This document shows positions 1 to 8,979 of a stretch of 64,000 nt of DNA, in pieces. The DNA is from Caldisericia bacterium (lineage in GTDB: Bacteria; Caldisericota; Caldisericia; B22-G15), in contig JAOAHY010000004.1 in NCBI GenBank assembly GCA_026414995.1, positions 12,485 to 76,484 of the forward strand, given 5' to 3'. A model generated the notes under the pieces. That model had not been told where the DNA came from, did not search any database, and saw only the letters and a program-made list of their open reading frames with translations. The translations under genes were made by a program, and so were the position numbers. How positions within the stretch are numbered: the stretch's first letter is position 1; each line of letters opens with the position of its first letter.

Positions 1-2
1 TT

Positions 3-500
3 CTTTTATCCTGGGTTTATTCTTTTACCTCTCAAAAAATTGAAGAACAAAAATTTGAAACAATAAAAAGTGCTATAAGTGAAATATTTCCAGATGAATC
101 TAGTTTTGAATTGTTGTCTAATTTTTCTAATAAAGAGATAGGTGGAGGTATAAATATTATTGAAGTTTATAAAGTTGTTCTAAAAGATGAGAATATTGGT
201 TTTGTTATTAGAGCAAAATTCTCTGGTTATGGAGGTAAAATTGAATCACTTATTGGTTATGAAGGTGATAAATGCAAGGGTATATATGTATTAGAACACA
301 GTGAAACTCCAGGATTAGGTTCAAAAATAGTTGAAGGTTCTTTTAAAAACCAATTTATTGATAAAAAATTGAGTGATCCTTTTAAGGTTAAAAGTGATAT
401 AACACCTATTTCTGGTGCTACAATATCATCTAACGCAGTTTCAAATGCTGTTAAAAAAATTGGAGTTTTCTATCTTGAAAATTTAAAAGGGAGGCAATAA
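3..500 (+). CDS. rnfG: Rnf electron transport complex subunit G (FMN-binding), 5'-truncated by window edge
   Basis: Frame is open from position 3 (LLSWVYSFT...). Motifs GYGGKI, HSETPGLGSKI and the flavinylation motif ISGATISS. Directly precedes rnfE/A/B. Confidence 0.93.
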   Translation, partial: LLSWVYSFTSQKIEEQKFETIKSAISEIFPDESSFELLSNFSNKEIGGGINIIEVYKVVLKDENIGFVIRAKFSGYGGKIESLIGYEGDKCKGIYVLEHSETPGLGSKIVEGSFKNQFIDKKLSDPFKVKSDITPISGATISSNAVSNAVKKIGVFYLENLKGRQ

Positions 501-1100
501 ATGAAAAAAAATCTTTGGAAAGAATTAGCCAAAGGTTTAACAAGAGAAAATCCAATATTGATTTTGATGTTAGGATTATGCTCTGTTCTTGCAGTTTCAA
601 CTGATGTTGCAAATGGTGTGGGTATGAGTTTAGGTTTTAGTTTTGTTTTAATAACTGCAGAACTTCTTTCATCTGCATTTAGAAAAATAATTCCAAATGA
701 AGTTAGAATTCCTATTTTTTTAATATTTATTGCTGTTCCAACTACAATTGTTGATTTAATAATGAAAGCCTATTTTCCACCTTTATCAAAATCTATGGGT
801 GTTTTTATACCTTTAATTGTTGTTAATTGTATAGTTCTTGGTAGAGTTGAGGCTTTTTCTTATAAAAGGTCTTTTTCAGAAACTTTAATGGATTCATTAG
901 GAATGGCAATTGGATATTCATGGGTAATTATTTTGTTAAGTGTTATTAGAGAAATTTTAGGGAAAGGAACTTTTCTTGGAAAAGAGGTTTTTTCAAAAAA
1001 TTTTCAACCAATGTCAATACTATCTTTTCCACCTGGTGGATTTTTCTTAATAGCAGTTTTTATTGCTGTTTTAAATGCAACTTTAAAAAGGAGGAAATAG
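501..1100 (+). CDS. rnfE: Rnf complex subunit E
   Basis: ENP..LGLC, RIP, PLIVVNCIVLGR, RE.LG.G and PPGGF motifs; hydrophobic; GGAGG RBS. Confidence 0.95.
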   Translation: MKKNLWKELAKGLTRENPILILMLGLCSVLAVSTDVANGVGMSLGFSFVLITAELLSSAFRKIIPNEVRIPIFLIFIAVPTTIVDLIMKAYFPPLSKSMGVFIPLIVVNCIVLGRVEAFSYKRSFSETLMDSLGMAIGYSWVIILLSVIREILGKGTFLGKEVFSKNFQPMSILSFPPGGFFLIAVFIAVLNATLKRRK

Positions 1101-1676
1101 ATGTTAAATAATTTAATTAAAATTATAATTGCTGCAACTATAGTTGACAATATGGTTTTTATTAGATATCTTGCTCTATGCTCTTATGTAGGAATAACAA
1201 GTTCAATTGATGCATCAATTGGTATGACTTTTGCAGTTATATTTGTTCAAACACTTGCAACAGCGATAACTTGGATCATTTTCCATTTCTTTATGAAAGG
1301 TCTTGAATATTTACAAATAATTGTATTCATCTTTACAATTGCATCACTTGTTCAACTTGTTGAAATCTATTTGAAAAAAAATGTTCCATCTCTTTATAAA
1401 GCCATGGGAATTTATCTTCCTTTGATTACAACAAATTGTATGATTCTTGCAGTAACTTTAATAAATATTGACAAAAATTATAATTTCATTGAAAGTTTAG
1501 TATATGCAATTGGCTCTGCATTGGGTTATGGTCTTGCGCTTTTGATTCTTGCAGGTATAAGAGAGAGATTAAAGATTTCAAATGTTCCAAAATTTTTTAG
1601 AGGATATCCTCTTGTTTTTGCTTCTATGGCTCTTATAGCAATTGCATTTTTAGGGTTTAAAGGTCTAATTAAATAG
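1101..1676 (+). CDS. rnfA: Rnf complex subunit A
   Basis: IASLVQLVE, GIYLPLITTNC and GIRERL motifs; polytopic membrane protein. Confidence 0.95.
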   Translation: MLNNLIKIIIAATIVDNMVFIRYLALCSYVGITSSIDASIGMTFAVIFVQTLATAITWIIFHFFMKGLEYLQIIVFIFTIASLVQLVEIYLKKNVPSLYKAMGIYLPLITTNCMILAVTLINIDKNYNFIESLVYAIGSALGYGLALLILAGIRERLKISNVPKFFRGYPLVFASMALIAIAFLGFKGLIK

Positions 1677-1690
1677 GAGGATAAATTTAT

Positions 1691-2527
1691 ATGAATATAA
1701 TTTTAAAATCTGTTGTTATAATGGGGGGTATTTCAATTATTTTTGGAATTCTATTATCTTTTTTTAATAAAATTTTTGAAGTAAAAGTTGATGAAAGGGT
1801 TTCTGAAATTCAATCACTTCTTGCTGGTGCAAATTGTGGAGCTTGTGGTTATCCTGGATGTGAAGCATTTGCAAACGCAATAGTAAATGAAGGAATAGAT
1901 CCAACAAAATGCAAAGTAACAAATGGAGATAATATGAGCAGAATTCTTGAAATCGTGGGTAAAAACCCTTTAAATATTGATAAAGAAAGACCTGTATTAA
2001 AATGTGTTGGAGACATATATACAGAAATTAAAAGAGCAAGTTATTCTGGAATTGAAGATTGTCGAGAAGTTCAATTTGCTTTTAATGGTGATAAAAATTG
2101 TGAATATGGGTGTGTTGGTTTTGGAACATGCGAAAGAGCATGCCCTTTTGATGCAATAAAAATGAAAGATGGTCTACCAGAATTTGATTACGACAAATGT
2201 ACTGGATGTGGAATTTGCTCTAGAATTTGTCCAAGAAATGTAATAATAATGTTAAAATGGAGTAATTATGGAATTATTATGTGCAATAGTCCCAAAAAAG
2301 GAATTGATGTTAGAAAAGAGTGTAAAAGAGGTTGTATTAAATGTGGTATTTGCATTAAAGTTTGTCCAACTAAAGCAATTTCATGGGGTGAAAATGGTTT
2401 ACCTAAAATTGATATGAATTTATGTGATCTTTGTAAATTATGTGTTGAAAAATGCCCAACTCATGTTATAAAAATACAAAGAGATGATGTTATACTAATA
2501 TATGAGGAGGAAAAAATAAAAGTTTGA
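1691..2527 (+). CDS. rnfB: Rnf complex subunit B (polyferredoxin)
   Basis: N-terminal TM, L.GANCGACGYPGC, several CxxCxxCxxxCP 4Fe-4S motifs. Confidence 0.95.
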   Translation: MNIILKSVVIMGGISIIFGILLSFFNKIFEVKVDERVSEIQSLLAGANCGACGYPGCEAFANAIVNEGIDPTKCKVTNGDNMSRILEIVGKNPLNIDKERPVLKCVGDIYTEIKRASYSGIEDCREVQFAFNGDKNCEYGCVGFGTCERACPFDAIKMKDGLPEFDYDKCTGCGICSRICPRNVIIMLKWSNYGIIMCNSPKKGIDVRKECKRGCIKCGICIKVCPTKAISWGENGLPKIDMNLCDLCKLCVEKCPTHVIKIQRDDVILIYEEEKIKV

Positions 2528-2542
2528 AATTTAAGAAAATTA

Positions 2543-2571
2543 TTTACAACAACATTATGTTAAATTATAAT
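2543..2571 (+). promoter_or_regulatory. sigma70-type promoter, likely giving a leaderless transcript
   Basis: TTTACA (2543-2548), 17-nt spacer, TATAAT (2566-2571); in-frame GTG follows 6 nt later at 2578 with no SD. Confidence 0.6.
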
Positions 2572-2577
2572 AAAAAT

Positions 2578-5022
2578 GTGAAAAAAATAATAATTATATT
2601 TATTTTATTAAATTTAATTTTTGTTATTCCAAAAATAGGTTATTCAGAAGAAAAGGGATATAAAAAAATTATAACAATAAAAGAAAACGGAGGAATTTTA
2701 AGAAACCCAAATTTTATATATTTAACAATAGAAGATGAAAATTTAAAAAAAGATTCAAATTTTATTCTAATTGATTCTAAAACTAATAAAGAAATACCTG
2801 TTCAATTAATAAATCAAGAGGATAAAAAGGTTAAAATAAGATTTGAATTAAATTTAAATAAAGGTGAAGAAAAAAAATTAGAATTTAGATTTGCAACTAA
2901 AGAAAAAAGAACAGAATTAGAAAATATATATTTTTCATATCCAAATTTTATTGGAACTGAATTTTATGGTATTTCATTTGAAAAAATTTATATTGTTGGT
3001 TTGAAAGAATGTGATGTAAAAGTAATTACAAAGGATGGAAAATCTCTTTTTGAAGGAAAAGTTAAATATGGGCAATTTAAAAGAATAGATCTTTCAAAAC
3101 CTCAAATTTTTTATGTTAAATCAACAGGTCCAATTATGGTCATTTCTTCTTCAATTGGTGATACAAATATAAATGAACCGCAAGATAAAAGTGATGATGA
3201 TTTAACTTATTATATTGGAAGCGAAGGTGTAATTTTTACTAATAAAGATATGTTTATTTCTTCTTTTGCTGATAATAATAAAATTTATATAGAAGATGCT
3301 GGAGGAAAATTAATATACAATGGAAAAATTGATAAGTTAAATCCACTCACATTCTCTTTTAAATATGCTTCAGTTATTTTATTTAAATCTGATTATCCTG
3401 TTTTAATTCAATATGGAAATTTTGATGATTCACCTTTTTTGCCAATGATTTCTTATAAAGGAAATTTAAATGCATTCTCATTTAAAGATTTAACTGTTTT
3501 TTCTCCAATTTCTGATATAAATTACAATATCAATTTAATAAAATCGAAAAAAAATTTAAAAGGTACAATAAATAAATCAGAAATTAAAGAAATTGAGACA
3601 GAAATTGAGGGATTTGATCTTAATATACAAAAATTGTCATATATTTATACATTCGGAACTTCATCAAATTTTGGTGGAGAACAAATACTATCAGTAACAG
3701 GAATTCCAAATGAAAAAGAGTTTAATTTTATTACTGGAAAAATTTCAACAAAATTCTCAAAAGGCCACAAAAGAGTTATTTATGTTTTGGCATTAGAAGA
3801 TGATACTGAAGTAAATTTAATTGATTATAACAATAATAAAAATCAAAAAGTTACACTTCAAAAAATGTCTATTTTTCAATATGAAACTGAAATATCTAAA
3901 TCTCAAATTTCAATTAAATCAAATAAAGATGTACTTGTTTTTGAATCAACAAATCACCTTACAAGGGAAATATTATTTAATATTTCACCAGTAAAGGATG
4001 AATCTATTTTAATAGATATAGGAAAAACAGAACCTATTGGTACAGGAACAACACCACCATCGAAACCTGAAACACCAACTGGAAAACCCCCAAAAGTTGA
4101 AATACCAGAGGGTCTAATAAATATAATATTATGGGAAATTACTCTTCTGCCACTAAGATTTACTAATTTTATTAATAATTTAAAAATTGTTAGTGATTTA
4201 TTTAAGAATATTGAATTTATAAAAATTGCTTTACCAAAATTTTCTATTAAACTTCCAGCTTTTATTGATGAGATACTGCCTCCATTTTTAAAAGGTTTTA
4301 ACTTTTTCTTATTAATTATTTTAATTATTCTATTATTAATTTTGATAATTCTTTTAATGAGAAGAAAAAAGATAGAAAAACCAAAAGCACAAATTGAAGA
4401 AATTGAAGAGATTGAAATACCTGGTGTAGAAAAAATAAAAAAAGAGCCTAAATTAGAAGAAGTTCAACAAAAACAAGAACAGATTGAAGAAATAAAATTA
4501 GAAAAAGAGGAAGTAATAGAAATTAAGCCAGAAGAGAAAGAAAAAGAAACAATAGAATTTAAAAAGGATTATGAGATAAAAGAAGAATCAAAATTTGAAG
4601 AAACTATACCAGTTATTTCGATACCAGAAAAACCAAAAGAACTTATACCAAAAGAAATAGTTTCAGAAAAAATTATAGATACAACAATTTTAAAAGGTAA
4701 AGTTGTCATTGATAGAAAAACTTTATTAAAAATAATTGAATTAGATTTATTTCCATTTCTACAAGAAGCGTATATCGATTCGAAAGCTGTTTCAGATTTG
4801 CCAATTAAATATAGAACTTCTGAAAAAATTAAACCAGTTGAATTAACTAAATATGAAGAAAGTATGGCAGAAGACCTTGGTAAAAGAGTAGGTGGTTCAA
4901 AAGAAACAGGAGAAGCTATTGCAATTGCGTTAAGAATGAAAATTGATAAATGCATAGTAGGTGAAAAGTTTAATAGAGTATTTCAAAATATAAATATATA
5001 TTCTTATGAGAAATTAGGGTGA
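2578..5022 (+). CDS. Large single-pass membrane protein: beta-rich exported region (DUF2341-like and IgGFc-binding-like repeats), Pro-rich linker, TM, Glu-rich linker, C-terminal PIN-like domain
   Basis: ORF track starts at 2524; GTG 2578 is preferred because of the promoter and signal peptide KKIIIIFILLNLIFV. TM FFLLIILIILLLILIILLM followed by RRKK. C-terminus VVID...AVSDL...GEAIAIAL..KID.CIVGE resembles PIN/DUF3368. Confidence 0.75.
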   Translation: MKKIIIIFILLNLIFVIPKIGYSEEKGYKKIITIKENGGILRNPNFIYLTIEDENLKKDSNFILIDSKTNKEIPVQLINQEDKKVKIRFELNLNKGEEKKLEFRFATKEKRTELENIYFSYPNFIGTEFYGISFEKIYIVGLKECDVKVITKDGKSLFEGKVKYGQFKRIDLSKPQIFYVKSTGPIMVISSSIGDTNINEPQDKSDDDLTYYIGSEGVIFTNKDMFISSFADNNKIYIEDAGGKLIYNGKIDKLNPLTFSFKYASVILFKSDYPVLIQYGNFDDSPFLPMISYKGNLNAFSFKDLTVFSPISDINYNINLIKSKKNLKGTINKSEIKEIETEIEGFDLNIQKLSYIYTFGTSSNFGGEQILSVTGIPNEKEFNFITGKISTKFSKGHKRVIYVLALEDDTEVNLIDYNNNKNQKVTLQKMSIFQYETEISKSQISIKSNKDVLVFESTNHLTREILFNISPVKDESILIDIGKTEPIGTGTTPPSKPETPTGKPPKVEIPEGLINIILWEITLLPLRFTNFINNLKIVSDLFKNIEFIKIALPKFSIKLPAFIDEILPPFLKGFNFFLLIILIILLLILIILLMRRKKIEKPKAQIEEIEEIEIPGVEKIKKEPKLEEVQQKQEQIEEIKLEKEEVIEIKPEEKEKETIEFKKDYEIKEESKFEETIPVISIPEKPKELIPKEIVSEKIIDTTILKGKVVIDRKTLLKIIELDLFPFLQEAYIDSKAVSDLPIKYRTSEKIKPVELTKYEESMAEDLGKRVGGSKETGEAIAIALRMKIDKCIVGEKFNRVFQNINIYSYEKLG

Positions 5023-5025
5023 GTT

Positions 5026-5835
5026 ATGAAATTTTTAATTGGAGGTATTTCTCCACATCCCCCACTTTTAATACCTGAAATAGGTGGTTTAGAAAGAAAA
5101 TATGTAAAAAAAACCGATGAAAGTTTATTTATTCTTGCTGAAAAAATTATAAAACAAAGAGTTGAAACCATTCTTTTCATGTCACCTCACTCTCCTTTTA
5201 TTAGAGATGGTATAACAATTTTTTCAGGAGATACCTTATATGGAGATTTTTCACAATTTGGAGCAAGTGAGGTTTGTTTTGAATATAAAAATGATATTGA
5301 ACTTGTTGATTCTATCATAAATATAGGAAAAAATTTCGGAATTAAATTTTATAAACTTCCACCTGATTATACACTTGATCATGGTATTTTAGTTCCACTT
5401 TATTATCTAGATAAATTAAAGGATTATGAATTTAAAATTGTCTGTATGAGTCAACATTTTACACTTGATAGAGATAAATTTAAAATTTTTAAAGAAATTT
5501 TTAATGAGATTGATTTACCTGATAAAAGAATAGCTTTTATTGCTTCTGGAGATATGTCTCATAGATTACTTTCAACAGGTCCTTATGGATTTCATCCAAG
5601 TGGACCCAAATTTGATAATTTAGTTATAGAAGCAATTAAAAATGAAAATTTTGAAGATTTACTATCTATACCAGAAAATTTAATTGAAGAAGCAAGCGAA
5701 TGTGGTTATAGATCTATTCTAACACTTTTTACATTAATGCCATTTGATGAATTTAAAGCAGAAATTTTATCTTATGAAGGACCATTTGGAGTAGGATATT
5801 TAGTTTGTATAGTAGAAAGGAGAGAAAATGCATAA
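5026..5835 (+). CDS. AmmeMemoRadiSam system protein B (MEMO1/LigB-like dioxygenase fold)
   Basis: SPHPP, SPH, LDHG..VPL, ASGDMSH, ECG and SYEGPFGVGY motifs; adjacent to an AMMECR1 gene. Confidence 0.85.
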   Translation: MKFLIGGISPHPPLLIPEIGGLERKYVKKTDESLFILAEKIIKQRVETILFMSPHSPFIRDGITIFSGDTLYGDFSQFGASEVCFEYKNDIELVDSIINIGKNFGIKFYKLPPDYTLDHGILVPLYYLDKLKDYEFKIVCMSQHFTLDRDKFKIFKEIFNEIDLPDKRIAFIASGDMSHRLLSTGPYGFHPSGPKFDNLVIEAIKNENFEDLLSIPENLIEEASECGYRSILTLFTLMPFDEFKAEILSYEGPFGVGYLVCIVERRENA

Positions 5836-6340
5836 ACTTGTAAAACTTGCTAAAAATACAGTTGAACTATATGTAAAACAAAGAAAGATTTTTATACCAA
5901 ATTTAGATGAATATAAAGAGTATTTAAATATCAGAAAAGGAGCTTTTGTTACTATTCATAAAGGGAAAGATTTAAGAGGTTGTATTGGTACATATCTACC
6001 AACAAGAGAGAATGTAATTGAGGAAATTATATACAATGCAATTGCATCTGCAACTGAGGACCCTAGATTTCCACCAGTTTCTCAAAATGAACTCGATGAA
6101 TTAACATATTCTGTTGATTTGCTTGAAGAGCCAGAAGAAGTAAAAGATTTAGAAGAACTTAATCCCCAAATTTATGGAGTAATTGTTTCAAAAGGTTTTC
6201 GAAGAGGTCTTCTTTTACCTAATATTGAGGGTGTTGATAGTGTGGAAGAACAATTAAGAATTGCAAAACTTAAAGCAGGTATACATCCAAAAGATACAGA
6301 TGTAAAAATATATAAATTCAAAGTTACAAGATTCCATTAA
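5828..6340 (+). CDS. AmmeMemoRadiSam system protein A (AMMECR1 family)
   Basis: GAFVTI..LRGCIGT, A.EDPRF and RRGLLLP..GV motifs. Confidence 0.92.
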   Translation: MHKLVKLAKNTVELYVKQRKIFIPNLDEYKEYLNIRKGAFVTIHKGKDLRGCIGTYLPTRENVIEEIIYNAIASATEDPRFPPVSQNELDELTYSVDLLEEPEEVKDLEELNPQIYGVIVSKGFRRGLLLPNIEGVDSVEEQLRIAKLKAGIHPKDTDVKIYKFKVTRFH

Positions 6341-6343
6341 TAA

Positions 6344-6799
6344 ATGAATAAAAAAGATGAAATTTATATGAAGGTAGCCCTCTATGAGGCAAAGAGGGCT
6401 TTTTTAGAATATGAGGTACCTGTTGGAGCTGTAATTGTAAAAGACGGAATAGTAATTTCAAGAGCACATAATAAAAAAGAGAAAAATAAAGATTCTACAT
6501 CTCATGCAGAAATAAATGCAATAAGAATTGCAACTAATAAATTGAATGATTGGAGATTAAATGGTTGTGAAATTTATATAACTAAAGAACCTTGTTTAAT
6601 GTGTGCAGGTGCAATTATTGAATCTAGAATTAAGAGAGTTATATTTGGTTTTTTTGATAAAGAACATGGCGCTTTTGGAGGTAAAATAAATATTTTGGAA
6701 TATTTAAATGCTAAAATTATAATAGTGAATGGAATTCTTGAAAAGGAGTGTTTTGAAATATATAGAAATTTTTTTGAAATTTTACGGAGAGGTGGCTGA
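6344..6799 (+). CDS. tadA: tRNA adenosine(34) deaminase
   Basis: EVPVGAV, HAE, EPCLMCAGA zinc-deaminase motifs; WRL signature. Confidence 0.88.
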   Translation: MNKKDEIYMKVALYEAKRAFLEYEVPVGAVIVKDGIVISRAHNKKEKNKDSTSHAEINAIRIATNKLNDWRLNGCEIYITKEPCLMCAGAIIESRIKRVIFGFFDKEHGAFGGKINILEYLNAKIIIVNGILEKECFEIYRNFFEILRRGG

Positions 6800-6878
6800 G
6801 CGGTCTAAAGCGCCTGCCTCGAAAGCAGGAAAGCGGATTTTATCCGCTTCGCGGGTTCAAATCCCGCCCTCTCCGCCA
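6786..6878 (+). tRNA. tRNA-Ser(CGA)
   Basis: Acceptor stem GGAGAGG/CCTCTCC, anticodon arm CCTGC-CT-CGA-AA-GCAGG, long variable arm AAGCGGA-TTTTA-TCCGCTT, GGTTCAAATCC T-loop, G73 and encoded CCA. Confidence 0.97.
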
Positions 6879-6896
6879 TATATTTAGGAGGAAAAA

Positions 6897-7445
6897 ATGA
6901 AACCATTTGTTCTAGTAGTTGACATGATTCATGATTTTATTGATGGTAAATTTAAGAATGAAAGGGCAAAAAAAATAATTCCAAACATACAAAAACTAAT
7001 TGAATTTGCAAGAGAAAAGCAAATTCCAATTATTTATTTAAAAGATTCTCATGAAAAAGGAGATCCTGAAGAGAAACTTTGGGGCGAACACGCTTTAAAA
7101 GATTCAAAAGGAAGCGAAATTATTGAAGAACTTAAACCTAAAAAAAATGATTATATAATTTTAAAAAGAACTTATTCAGGTTTTTTTAAAACTGACCTAG
7201 ATCTTTTATTAAAAAAATTAGAGGTTGATACTGCTTTTGTAGTTGGAATTTCCACTGACATTTGTGTTCAAAATAATGTTGGAGAATTATTTTATAGAGG
7301 ATTTGATATTTATGTTTTAAATGATGGAACAGCATCAATAAGTGAAGAAAACCATGAAATTGCATTGAATTATATGAAAAATATTTTTAATGCGAAAATT
7401 ATCTCTCTTGAAGATGCACTAAAACTTCTTGAGGAGGTAAAATGA
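6897..7445 (+). CDS. pncA: Isochorismatase-family cysteine hydrolase, probable nicotinamidase
   Basis: VVDM..DF, DSH, WGEH, K..YSGF and TDICV motifs; paired with pncB. Confidence 0.8.
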   Translation: MKPFVLVVDMIHDFIDGKFKNERAKKIIPNIQKLIEFAREKQIPIIYLKDSHEKGDPEEKLWGEHALKDSKGSEIIEELKPKKNDYIILKRTYSGFFKTDLDLLLKKLEVDTAFVVGISTDICVQNNVGELFYRGFDIYVLNDGTASISEENHEIALNYMKNIFNAKIISLEDALKLLEEVK

Positions 7446-8632
7446 AAATTTTTAGAGTACCAACAGAAGAAGAAATCAAACAAGGATTATGCACTGATGC
7501 ATATTTTGTAAGAACAGAAGAAGTATTAAAAGGACTAAACGATGAAACAGAAGTAACTATGGAACTTATGACTAAAAAATTTCCTGATAAAAATTATACA
7601 TTTGGAGTTCTAGCAGGGCTTTATGAGGTTGCAAAACTTCTAGAGGGTTTGCCAGTCGATGTGGATGCTATGGAAGAGGGAGATTTTTTCTTTCCAGAGG
7701 AACCTGTTTTAAACATTTCAGGTAAATATATTGATTTTGTTAGATATGAAACATCAATATTAGGTTTTATATGTTCATATTCAGGTATAGCATCAAAGGC
7801 AATTAGAGTAAGAATTGCAGCAAAAAATAAAACAGTTCTCTCATTTGGAACAAGAAGACAACATCCATTTCTTGCTCCAACAATTGAATATGCAACATAC
7901 ATAGCAGGATTTGATGGAGTATCTAATGTAATTGGTGCTAAATATTTAGGCAAAGAAGCAGTTGGAACTATGCCTCATGCATTAATTCTTGTTCTTGGAG
8001 ATAATAAAAAAGCATTTAAAAGCTTTGATGAAATTGTTGATAAAAAAATTCCTAGGATATGTTTAATAGATACATCAGGCTCACCTATTACAGAACTTGA
8101 AGATGCATTAGAAGTTTTAGGTAAAAATTTAAAGGGTGTTAGAATTGACTCTGGTAATTTAAAAGCAATTGGAAAAGAAATAAGATGGTATTTGAACCTG
8201 AAAGGTAGAAATGATGTTTTGATATATTTCAGTGGTGGTTTAGATGAATATTCTATCGTAGAATTAAATGATGTTGGTGATGGCTTTGGAGTTGGAACAA
8301 AAATTGCTGATGCTGATGTTATTGACTTTGCATTAAAAATTATAGAAGTAAATGGAAATCCTAGAGCAAAAGTTGGAAATTATCCAGGAAAGAAACAAGT
8401 ATTAAGAAATGAAAAATTTGAAGATATAGTAACATTATATGGCAATAAAAAAGAGGGGTTTAAAGAGCTTTTAAAACCATTGATCAGAAATGGTAAATTA
8501 GTAAGAGAAATTCCTGAACCAGATAAAGTTAGAAAAAGAGTCTTAGAAAATTTAACTTTATTACCAGATTATTTAAAAACAATAGTTGGGGAGAAAGAAT
8601 TTCCTGTTAAATTGATACCTAATTTAGTATAA
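7442..8632 (+). CDS. pncB: Nicotinate phosphoribosyltransferase
   Basis: TDAYF, FGTRR.HP, GTMPHA, VRIDSG, SGGLDE and FGVGT motifs. Confidence 0.93.
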   Translation: MKIFRVPTEEEIKQGLCTDAYFVRTEEVLKGLNDETEVTMELMTKKFPDKNYTFGVLAGLYEVAKLLEGLPVDVDAMEEGDFFFPEEPVLNISGKYIDFVRYETSILGFICSYSGIASKAIRVRIAAKNKTVLSFGTRRQHPFLAPTIEYATYIAGFDGVSNVIGAKYLGKEAVGTMPHALILVLGDNKKAFKSFDEIVDKKIPRICLIDTSGSPITELEDALEVLGKNLKGVRIDSGNLKAIGKEIRWYLNLKGRNDVLIYFSGGLDEYSIVELNDVGDGFGVGTKIADADVIDFALKIIEVNGNPRAKVGNYPGKKQVLRNEKFEDIVTLYGNKKEGFKELLKPLIRNGKLVREIPEPDKVRKRVLENLTLLPDYLKTIVGEKEFPVKLIPNLV

Positions 8633-8640
8633 TTATATAT

Positions 8641-8976
8641 GGAACTTGGAAGAAGAGATGGTCGCAGTTAACCTCTTTAAAGGTTAACTGAGGAAAGTCC
8701 AGGCTCCATGGGCAAGAGTGCTGAACGCAAGTTCAGCGGGAGTAATCCCGGGAAAGTGTCACAGAAACTACACCGCCAGGATCTTTTAATCCTGGTAAGG
8801 GTGAAAAAGTGTGGTAAGAGCACACTATGGGATCAGGTGACTGATCCCATGGACAAACCCCACTCGGAGCAAGGTCAAATAGGAGAACTTTGCCCAATTA
8901 TATAAGTTCTCGGGTTGACCGCTTAGATAGATGACCATCTTAAACACAGAACCTGGCTTATCTTCTTCCAAGTTCC
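8641..8976 (+). ncRNA. rnpB: RNase P RNA (type A-like, no P18)
   Basis: P1 GGAACTTGGAAGAAGA/TCTTCTTCCAAGTTCC. Universal GAGGAAAGTCC, ACAGAAA, GGGTGAAA, GGTAAGAGC, GGAGCAAGG and ACAGAACCTGGCTTA motifs. TATAAT at 8628-8633 upstream. Confidence 0.97.
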
Positions 8977-8979
8977 TAT

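Noticed and set aside
2538-2565. TTATGTTAAAT (2555-2565), identical to the XerD arm of E. coli dif
   Set aside because: No XerC-like left arm at 6-bp spacing; better explained as the spacer of a TTTACA/TATAAT promoter in AT-rich DNA.
6786-6878. Long-variable-arm tRNA as tRNA-Sec
   Set aside because: Anticodon is CGA with a normal 7-bp acceptor stem, so it is tRNA-Ser.
8708-8905. 65-aa ORF on the plus strand
   Set aside because: Lies entirely within the RNase P RNA; a by-product of its higher GC content.
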